From Bugula neritina (lineage: Eukaryota; Animalia; Bryozoa), in NCBI GenBank assembly GCA_964035545.1, contig CAXIUT010000036.1, positions 1 through 24,086 of the forward strand: a DNA stretch of 24,086 nt, given 5' to 3'. This document shows positions 12,853 to 22,810 of this stretch, in pieces (position 1 is the stretch's first letter; each line of letters begins with the position of its first letter). Made by a program: the position numbers and the translations under genes. The notes below the pieces were generated by a model that ran no database searches, was not told the origin of the DNA, and saw only the letters and a program-made list of their open reading frames with translations.

Positions 12853-14109
12853 ATGAAAGAAGAAGCAGCTAATGATTTCTAGACCATTTTCAACAACCTT
12901 AGAGTCAAGTAGCCCTAAAACTACCTCTGTCCAAAAGGAAATAAAATCGAAAAGTTATGCATCAATCCAGTATGTGTCAAATCAATTGGATGCAATAAAT
13001 CATCATGTTAAAGTTGTGGAATCAAAAATCACTAGCTATGTTACAGTGCTTCACTTGAATCTATCACTAACTTCATAAACAAGCGAGTAGACAACTACAA
13101 AAGCTTTACACTAAACACCTTTGAGATCGAGGACACCTTTATTAATAAAATTAACTAGAGTCGAAAAGAACTAACCCAAAAATATCAACTAAACGATTTT
13201 AGTCTTGAGGAACAAAATATAATTGAAGAAATATATAAAAATAAAAACAGTTAGTTTTTGGATGGGTAAAAAGCTAAAAAGTTTACTTAAAATTTGAAAT
13301 AATGCAACAATAAGATAAATAATGCTAGTGGATAAGTGCTAAAGAGATATAAAATCGAAATGGATCAACTGGTTTCAAAAGTTATTGAAGTCAAATAAAA
13401 ATACTATCAAGAATTCATTGAATAGATTAGTAAATAAAAGTAAGTAAAAAAAGAGGAATAACCAGCTAGTTAAAATAGTTCAATACTTTTAATACTTTTC
13501 TTCATTTTCTTTCTTTTAACCTTCTCCAATCTTATTATAGCAGGATATCAAATGCCTAATTTAAATTCAAAAATAGCTGTTCAACTCGAATAGAGTCAAA
13601 TTAACTTTCTAATGGAAGCTTTGTATCAACCAAAAAAGCTAGAATTGCTATATCGTGCATCAGAAAATAGTTTTAGTGCAAAAGCTTTTCATAAAAAATG
13701 TGATAACATCTAGCATACTTTTACTTTAGTGAGAACTGAGTTTGGTAAAACTATTGGAGGGTACAATAAATACAAGTGGAACCAAGTGAATAATGGTTTT
13801 GTAAGTGATGCAGGAAAGGAAGCTTTTCTGCTGTCGTTGGACTTAAAGTAAAAAATGATTTGTCAAGATCAAAATTATATAATAGGCTGTTACAATAACT
13901 ATGGTCCAGTATTTGGAATTTCTGATCTCTCCATATCTGACTAATGCAATAATAATAACAATTCCTATGCAAACTTAGGTAGTTCCTATAATTCTGAAGA
14001 TAAAAAATACATTTATGGCAATAAGTAGACCTGGAAAGCATTTTCTGGAGCAACCGAAAATAAATATTTTAAAGTGGTTGAATACTAGGTATTCAGAGTG
14101 ATTTGGTGA
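12853..14109 (+). CDS. Cys-rich finger + coiled-coil + TLDc domain protein, paralog 2 (418 aa, intact)
   Basis: Uninterrupted 1257-nt frame from ATG to TGA with TAR=E: MKEEAANDFETIFNNLRVKEPENYLCPKGNKIEKLCINPVCVKSIGCNKSSCESCGIKNHELC...LELLYRASEN...FHKKCDN...VVEYEVFRVIW. It contains a hydrophobic segment or in-frame intron at 13469-13540. Confidence 0.92.
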
Positions 14110-14793
14110 TTGTCATTCATTTATTATTTGTAAATTATCAATAAACATTATCAAAGTCAATAAGTTTGAATATAATTTATCAAGTAATAGCTATCATAAA
14201 AAGCTATTCAAGATATTATATCGTAAATCAATTAAGTGATATATTGATAGTTGTAGTTATGAAGATGAATATTAACAAATAAGCTGTACGTTTCTAATCG
14301 TAAAATATTGATGAAGATTAGGTTGATTTAAGATAGTGCTAGAGGGATGAGATCAATAATATTGGAATAAAATAAATCAGTTACTACCTATATTGCTAAA
14401 TACACCAGTTAGCATAATATCAAATAAAAGTAATAAAGTAACTAGTAGCAAGCCATAAGAAAATAAAATAGATTGACATAAGTTAAACTACAAGGAGAAA
14501 GAATCTAATTAATAGAGGAGTAAAGAAAGCAAGAAGAATAGGAAAATAGGAGGACCAATATCAGACTAAATATAAGTAAAAATGTAAAAATTTAAGTTAA
14601 AAGTATCAACCAAGAGATCTGTTTCAATGAAAGATGATTAAGAGGACAAACAAACATGTTAAAAAGTTGAAAAAGGAATGTAAAGATAGAAAAAGATAGT
14701 TAATAACAAAAAAAAGGAAGAAGAGAGGAAGATCTTTCAAAAAACCAAAAGGAAAGGAGTCGAATTCAAGTTTATCATTAGAAAGAAAAACAA
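13635..14793 (+). repeat. Third, partial copy of the duplicated TLDc + 3' flank unit
   Basis: The TLDc half and ~680 nt downstream align with 8050-9200 and 17810-18935. Confidence 0.88.
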
Positions 14794-14845
14794 CTGTTGC
14801 AACACTTCCTTCATTAAAAAGACAATCACAACTGCTTTGTCTTTA

Positions 14846-16028
14846 CTTCAAACTCACTCGAAATACTTAGTACTTGACTAATTCTATTAGTTAATCCTGA
14901 AAAGAGGCTGAATAGCTCTGCTGGGTTGTTAACATATTTATTGTAGCCGTCCTAGTTGTATGCGTAAGGAAGTTAGTCCAGAAATTATTGTTGTTGTTGC
15001 ACTGATCTCTAATACCAATATCACTATTTTCAAATAGAGGATCATAACTACTGAAACAGTCAATTAATTTTTTATCCATTTTAGTTTTGACATTTTATTT
15101 TTTATTTTAAATTCAATGACAAAAACAAGGCTTCCTTCTTGGCATCCTTTACCAACTATTATTAATTAGAAAGTCGATTCCATTTGTATTTGAAATAGCA
15201 ATTGATTGTTTTTCCGAACTCTGTCTTCACTAAAGTCAATGTTATAATTTTTAATTAAAGGCTTTTTGCTCTAAAGCTATAATTCTGATCCTCTGAAGAA
15301 TAAATCTAAATATTTATGCTGATTGAGTCCATTTATTAAAAAATCAATTTGCTATAGTTGTAGATGTAAAGATGTAACACTCATTTAAAGCTAAAAGTTA
15401 GCATTTATCTATCAGCATCTAAGTATAGAATACTTGCTTTGATTCCATATTACTTCTAACAAAAGTTATTGGTAAATTTTATTTCAGTAATAATAATCCA
15501 TCCATCAACTTATCTATTTCAACTTGATATTTCTTAATAGTTTCTCTGCTTTTATATTGATACTTGGATCAAAATCTTTCAGTTTGTATAAAATTTCTTT
15601 GCTTATTATTAACCACTAAGAAAAGAACAGTTGTTATTTTTGTATATTTATTTAGGATTTTCTTTTCCTCTATTTTTAATCAACAAACCTATATTTTTAA
15701 GAAATTTTCTTTCTGCTAGAGGTAAATTTATCAACTAATGCATCTTCAATCTCCAAACTATTAACAACAAAATCAGAATAAAAACCATTTTTTTACAGAT
15801 AAGACAAGTAATAGCTTGAAGAGAAGCAAAGGGAGAATATTAATGAACATTTAAGCCACAACTTTAACACTCCATGTCACTGCATTCAATCGACTTACTA
15901 CAGTATTTGTCGATACATGGTTTAGATATCTTATTACCTTGTTCACAGACACAGTTAGGTAATTCTTTCAGAGTTGAACTATTGAATATTGTCTAAAAGT
16001 TACTGTTGAGATGATATTCTTCTTTCAC
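14846..16028 (-). pseudogene. Inverted TLDc-family pseudogene, paralog 3
   Basis: The minus strand begins GTG AAA GAA GAA (paralog 2 has ATG AAA GAA GAA). Recognisable segments are CEQGNKISKPCIDKYCSKSIECSDMECESC, FRGSE, TLTLVKTEFGKTI..YFKYKWN, DQCNNNNN and YEVFRV. There are several frameshifts and the FHKKCDN block is lost. Confidence 0.88.
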
Positions 16029-17099
16029 TACTTTATTTATATTTTATGATATTAGATATCGAACTATTTATACTAACATTCCAAAATAGAATAAGTCTTA
16101 AATAATCTTAATATAATTTTACTTGATAGAATTTCAATAACTAGTAGAGAATGTTTTCTCATTAATACATATGTTTCTCTTCTACTTGAAGTCAAACAAT
16201 CTCACCACTCAAAAAATAATAATTAAAAACAAAAGATCGATGAAACATCTTAAAAGTGATGGGGAAGGTAGTTGAGTGAAACACTTAGATAAAAATCTTC
16301 ATCTATAGAATAAAATATAGCGATTGTTTTAGCTCAAAAGGATTCTTAGCTTTGTGTCTTAGTCAATACATATAAAAAAATGCAGTCAACAAGTAAAATA
16401 TCCGATCAATTATCAACTAGTTCATATCTAACTACAAAAGATAAATAGACATTAATCGTATGTTAATGAAATGATTATGTTTTAAATACTAAAGACTTAT
16501 CACAATTGATATAACTCATAAATACTTATGACTTATGATTTACAAAATATAATTATCAAAGTAGAAGAGAAGGATATCAAGACAAAGATTCTTAAATAAT
16601 AGCAGTCTATCAATGCAAAAGATATTAAACTACATTTTAAATACAAAAAGAACTAAAATAAAATAAATGAATAATAATCCTGAATGTAGTAAATCATTCA
16701 TAGATTGTATTAGTCGTCTAATAGAAGTACATCCATAGATTTTTTGCTACTTTTCATAATTTTCTTCAGTTTAAATATTTATGATAAATTTTCATGGATA
16801 CTAGATAGAGTTAAAAGAGCAACTATATTCAATTAAAAACTATTCCAAAATAAAGAACTAATAAAGATAAAGTCTCTATCATTGACATTTGGAAAATCTA
16901 ACTAAGAGGTTTTGTATTTTGAAGTTGAAAAAATGAGGTTGATTTTGAAGGACATCACTTGCTCTTTTGAATCTATCGAAAGAAGTAGTGGAATTATCTA
17001 AGCATAATTTTATCATGTAAATAAAATAAATTTATTTTTTTAATATGATAGTAATAATACTTTTAATTTGTAAGTATAAATTATAAAATTATCATTAAA

Positions 17100-18281
17100 A
17101 TGCAAGAAGAAGCACCAAGAAACGACTTTTAAACTATGGTTAATAACCTAAGAGTTAAATAACCATAGAACTACCTTTGCTAGAAAGGAAGCAAGATTGA
17201 AAAACTCTGCATCAATCCTTAATGCAAGAGATCGATTGGATGTTCTAACATTGATTGCAAAAGTTGTGGTTATTAAAATCATCAATAATGCAATCATGTT
17301 CCTCTTAAAGTTGTTACTGGTCTACTTAACAAAAGAATCGATCACTACAGTAACTTCACTACGAATACTTTTGAGATCTAAGATGTCTTCATAAACAAAA
17401 TCAAATAGAGTAGACATGATCTCACTCAAAAATACAAACTGATGGATCTGACTGTCAAATAGCAATAGATAGTCAAAAATATATACAAAGATAATAACTG
17501 TTCTTTCCTTGATGGTAAAAATGCAAAAGAGTTTTATAAAAAGTTGAAAACTATTGGTCAAAACATTACAGAATCAGCTGGATAACTGCTAAATCAGTAT
17601 CGAATTTAGATGGATAAACTAGTCGAACAGCTACTTCTTCTAAAATAAAAGTTCTATCATTAATTTATTCTATAAATTAATAAGTAATATGCAAAGTACA
17701 TGTAGATAAGAAAGTCAATTAAATAAATATCAAAAAGTAAAATATGTTAGTCCCTAAAGTAGTAACAACTCTCATTTTTGAATTATGTTCTCAACTATCC
17801 AAAACAGTTATAACTACTCTACAGAGGATCAGAAAATGGTTTTAGTGTATCTGCTTTTCATTAAAAATGTGATAACATCTAGCATACTTTTACTTTAGTG
17901 AGAACTGAGTTTAATAAAACTATTGGAGGCTATACTAAATACAAGTGGAACCAAGTGAATGATAATTATGTAAAAGATGCAGGAAAGGAAGCTTTTCTGC
18001 TGTCTTTGGACTTAAAGTAAAAAATGATTTGTAAAGATAAAAATAAAATAATCTACTGTAACAATAACTATGGTCCAACATTTGGAGGTGGACATGATCT
18101 CAAAATATCTGACCAATGCAATATTTACAATTCCTGGGCAAACTTAGGTTATTCCTATAATTCTGAATATAAAAAATACATTTGGGACAATAAGTATACC
18201 TGGAAAGCATTTTCTGGAGCAACCGTAAATTGTAATTTTAAAGTGGTGGAATACTAAGTATTCAGAGTGATTTGGAAGTGA
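17100..18281 (+). CDS. Cys-rich finger + coiled-coil + TLDc domain protein, paralog 4 (393 aa, intact)
   Basis: Uninterrupted 1182-nt frame: MQEEAPRNDFETMVNNLRVKEPENYLCEKGSKIEKLCINPECKRSIGCSNIDCKSCGYENHQEC...LELLYRGSENGF...GPTFGGGHDLKISDQCN...VVEYEVFRVIWK-TGA. Confidence 0.92.
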
Positions 18282-19169
18282 TCGTCATTCATTTGTTATT
18301 TCTAAATAATCAATAAATAAGTATCAAAGTTAATAAGTTTATATATGATCGATCATAACTATCTTTTAATATAGTTTTAAATCCTATCAATTATCGTATT
18401 ATCATGATGTACTACTGATAGTTGTAGTTATTAAGATCGAATATCAACAAATAGGTGATGCATTTCTAACAGTAAAATATTGATGAAAATTCAGTTGGTT
18501 TTAGATAGTATTAGAAGGCTCAGATCAATAATATTAGAATAAAATAAATCAGCTACTACATATATTGTTAAATAAATCAGTTCGCATATCAAATAAAGAT
18601 AATAAATCAACTAGTAACAAGCCATTAAATCAAAATTAAAAGAGAAGAATATAAAATAGATTGATATAAGTTATATTACAAAGAGAAAAAATCTAATTAA
18701 TATAGGAGTAAAGAAAGTAAGAAGAAAAGGAAAGTAGAGGAAGACCAAAGTCAGATCAAATAGAAGTACAAATGTTAGCATTTTAAGTTAAAGTATCAAC
18801 CAAGAGATCTATTTCAGGGAAGGGTGACAAAGAGGACAAATAAATATGTTAAAAGAGATGAAAAAGGAATGTAAAGATAGATAAAAGATAGTTAATAGCA
18901 AAAAAGGAAGAAGAGAGGAAAACCTTCTAAAAAACAACTAAGTATTATCATAGTAGCAGATAACTTCAATCAAGATAAACACTTAATATCGAAAGTCAAC
19001 AAGTTATCATCAAATACATCTAATCAAAAGAGGACAAACCATCAGAATGATAGCAAATAAATAAGTAAACAAAATAACAAACCTATTCAAAGGCCAGAAT
19101 AACCCTTATTCCCTCATTCTTGAACAAACATTAATCATAAACTAACAGATCAGTTCTAAGGACTATTAT

Positions 19170-20330
19170 TCATTTGATTGATGTTATTGTTGGAAACATT
19201 CAAGTTGATTTGTAAACTAACCATTAGGATTTCAATTGTGTAGAACCTGGAATAAACTATTAACTGGAATCGATTTATCAGTATTGGCTGTTTTACCACT
19301 TGATAACTAAGAGAACAAGTACAACTTGCATATAAAACAGCTTACACCTGAAGACAGCATCTACTTTTAGATCGATTCCTTTAGATGTAGTTGACATGCA
19401 TTGGATTGTTATGTTGGTGCAATGTTCTAACTCCTTGCTGGCACTATCATTCTTGCCCAGCATCTAAACCAGAAAAGTGATTGTCGAATATATTTAATGT
19501 CCGATGTCTGTGATGATTCTATCTTGATATAAAAGTTATTTCGTTCTTTAGGGCTACTGTTACTCTTTAGACCTTTGTTTTCCTTATTTTTTGTTAACTA
19601 CAAAGTACATTTTGGCATCTTATCCTGGTGCATCTCCATTTTCTAGAAAAAACATTGAACTCTGGTTACGCCTTGATCACAGCAGCAACAACTCTTAACA
19701 TTTGCTTATAACTATTGTTTATCATTGCGAAGAGGTGCAATTTATCGAAATACAACTTATCTTAGTCATGATAGCTCTGAATCGATTAGCAACCTGGATA
19801 AATGTCTGCATCTAGTATTTGATACGACCTTTATTTATCATGGGATATATCCTAAAAATAATTATGAAGCATACTAGGAAGGTTGCTAGTGTTGTCTGTT
19901 TTGAATCTGAATGGAAAAAAGTACTGTCCTGGTGGTTTAAATGATTCATCAAAGCTAAGAGAAGAAGATGTTAGAACCTGGCAATGATTCTACCTCCTAA
20001 ATATCTTTCTATCTATATGATATCACTACCTCTCTTGATAAAGTTAAATTTTATAGACTAGTCATTGACTTATCCATCTCATGAGTCAGAACTTTACATG
20101 TGGCCTCAGTAGGCGTTATGCCAGATCATGTTGGCTTGTACTCTGTTTCTTTAACTTTTCATTAGAACTTTTTATTCTATCCATTTATTATGACTACTAT
20201 TAAACTTGATTGTGATGTCATTGGCGTTGACTGGTTATACTAGATAGAGATAGACGTGGCCTTCGAGCATTTATCCTACAAAGTCAAATGATTTGTTGAA
20301 TTGGGTGAATGGAGATCTATATATGTTGTG
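19170..20330 (-). pseudogene. Arrestin-domain (alpha-arrestin-like) pseudogene, copy B
   Basis: Minus-strand fragments in different frames read FVGEMLEGHVYLYLVEPVNANDITIKF, FKPPGQYFFPFRFKT, KGRIKYEMQTFI, VKSCCCCDQGVTRVQCFFEK and PGEDAKMYFVVN. These match arrestin N/C domain patterns. There are many frameshifts and the start is uncertain. Confidence 0.8.
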
Positions 20331-21596
20331 ACTAATATTATTTTGATTTTATTTCTAACAAAGTCATAAATATCTCTTCTATCTTGCTACAACTTAATAA
20401 AAGATAGTACTAGATAGCATAATTATTATTTTGGGAGAGAGATAAAATATGACTTAGATAGATATATTATTATCTGATAAATAGCTATATTATTATTTGA
20501 TAAAAAACTATATTATCATCTGATAAACAACTGAAGTAAGTCAAGAGTAATATCAACATCTCTGATTATCTCCTCATCCATTTGAAAACCAGAAGTCTGT
20601 TATTAATTTATAAAAAATATGGCGCCATAAATTATACTTTATCATAAGTTAGTCATTGATCATAATTGTATATGATAACCGTTAATTTATAAATCATAAT
20701 AAATATCCAAAGATAGTACATCCTTTCTACTTACATCCCTTAATATCCAGTCAGTCAAATCACTTTAAGTTGTAAGATATAGTTAGAACTAACAAATAAA
20801 CAATGTCCGAGTGAAAAATAAGTAGATTAATAAAAACTTAATCAACATCTATTTACACATAGGTCACTAACATCAATACAAACGAACCTTTTGACAAGTT
20901 GTAGAAGAAAGTATTGAAGACTATTGATCAGATGCAACTGAATTACAATGTTTTGCAACCAATTTACTTTCTGATATTCAAGAAAATGGTCACATAGAAG
21001 AAATAAAATAAACACTAGCAACCAAGCAAACAGGTTTATTATTCAAATATAGTTAAGAAAAGATGAAATAAAAATAAAGTAGTAAAAAACAACTTGACAC
21101 AAATAAGTTAACAATGATTAACTATAGATAAAAGGAGTAAGATATATTCTAAGGTTGAAGAAGTAAAATATTAAGGATAGTCAGATAGTTATCCTTGACT
21201 TAATCTCTGATGTATTAAAACTATCTAAAATTACTTCATAAATAACAAATCAATTTTTGAAGTTGGAGACCTATTCTTCCAACTGCAACAAATAAAACAA
21301 TAAGATAGTTATGGATATAAAGGATGTTAATAACAGACAACTAAACAGCTAGTCAACAAATTATATATAAAACGAATAGATATCACAAATAGAACCCATG
21401 GATGACTACTACCAATAAAATATAGTAAATCACAAGTGTAAAAAACCAAATAGTGATTGTTGAATATTCGGGTCAAAGGTTGAAATAAGGGAAAGATAAA
21501 AGTTAGTTATCTCAGAGTACATTTATATAAAGAAAAAGACTAGTAGAGTCTATTTGATATCTTATTGGATATGATAGTAAAGTAGATAAAAATATA

Positions 21597-21617
21597 GAAG
21601 AAGAAGAAGAAGAAGAA
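21597..21617 (+). repeat. (GAA)7 microsatellite
   Basis: Seen directly. The paralogous site (~12594) has a single GAA. Confidence 0.9.
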
Positions 21618-22765
21618 GATAAGTTCAGTTCATCTATCTATGTTAAATCATTATGAAATACTATGTATCAGTTCAGATTACAGAGCCATAGCTTTGTTCT
21701 AAAACACAAAATTATTTACTAACTTAATTATACTCAAATTGCTTCTAAAAAGATAATAAATCATTAACAAATCTTAGGTCAACTATTTTATTCAACGAAA
21801 TTGGAAAAGATCAGTGAAATACATCAGTATGAAAACTAGAAATGGAAGAGGTTATCTAACTACCTATAGAAATTAGTATTACTTGTTTTAATAGAGTGTG
21901 TCTTATCAAGAAATAGAGAAGAGAGATTGGTTGTTTTAAGTTATGTTTGTTTATGTGGAAGTCATGAGTGAACTTTATAGAAGACTAGACTTAGTATTCA
22001 CGACATTTGATAAATAGATATTATATATATGGATAAAATAACAATCAAATAAGGTAAAAAAATCGAATCATTTATTTTTTTATCTTCAAATTTTTGTTTC
22101 TTGCTTAACTATGTCATTTATTATATTATCACTAATCCATCTTAAATTAAAAATTCTTATTTATTACTTTTCTTTGAGGTTGATATTATATATTTTTAAA
22201 GTAAAAAGTTTTTCTTATTTTGACTAGTATTCACTTCAATGTTATGAATAAAAAATAAGCATATTTTCATCGTTAAATACTTAATTAATTCATAGCTGAA
22301 CATTAAAAAATAAAAAAGAATTTGATTATTAAATTTTATATGAGTAAAAACAAAAAATACTAACTAAATTGATAATAATTCGTTAGGATTGTTATCCGGC
22401 CGTTGTAGCCGTAATAGACAACTAGACACCGGGAAAGACTGGACGTTAAAAATGTAATTATAATTATTATCAATACTATCACTACTATTACTACTTTTCT
22501 TGTGGGTTTCTGGGTCCGTTCCTGAAAAACGGACATCCAACAGACATATGAAGAGAAGAAAAAAGGAAGGAGAAAGGAGAAAAACACTGGAGAAGAAGCT
22601 AGGAGAGATGTTGAGGTAGGAGAGGAAGAGATAGAAGGATAAAGGAGGAGTTGAGGGGTCAGAGGATGAAGGATGGATGCAAGGAAAAACAAATAAAAAA
22701 ACAAATTAACTTAATTAAATAAAGATAATCCCATAGTCCAAAACAAAAATGGACACATGATTCAT

Positions 22766-22766
<1 letters not shown>

Positions 22767-22809
<43 letters not shown>

Positions 22810-22810
22810 T
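22767..22810 (+). repeat. (TTAT)11 microsatellite
   Basis: Seen directly. It abuts the end of recognisable MULE homology. Confidence 0.92.

Larger units (their letters stand above)
17810..21720 (+). repeat. Segmental duplication, copy B
   Basis: Collinear with 8050-12710 and has no telomere tract at the homologous site (20564-20644). Confidence 0.92.

Noticed and set aside
14846-15300. Inverted TLDc pseudogene as a DGR-style template repeat
   Set aside because: It is too divergent at framework (non-A) positions from paralogs 1, 2 and 4 to be their template.
16903-16946. Tetrahymena Cbs-like strings (TAAGAGGTTTTGTAT, AATGAGGTTGATTTT)
   Set aside because: At least three mismatches to AAAGAGGTTGGTTTA and no telomere nearby.
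16230-17030. Coding-like plus-strand frame between paralogs 3 and 4
   Set aside because: With only one stop codon, long frames arise by chance. No motif was recognised and TGA interrupts it, so it is left uncalled.
9024-17561. Supplied ORFs 9024-9254, 12872-13078, 13751-14053, 17197-17394 and 17322-17561
   Set aside because: They are off-frame or antisense shadows of real genes, or the complement of a purine-rich tract.
7390-18257. Supplied ORFs 7390-7578, 18024-18257 and 14891-15079 as standalone genes
   Set aside because: They are fragments of the longer TLDc genes or pseudogene, cut by reading TAA/TAG as stops.
428-18281. Standard ciliate code (TAR = Gln, table 6)
   Set aside because: Aligned columns and conserved motifs repeatedly pair TAR with Glu codons, and I noted only one column favouring Gln.
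22360-22704. 114-aa hydrophobic minus-strand ORF
   Set aside because: It has no ATG start and low complexity, and is explained by the complement of the polypurine tract. No recognisable motif.
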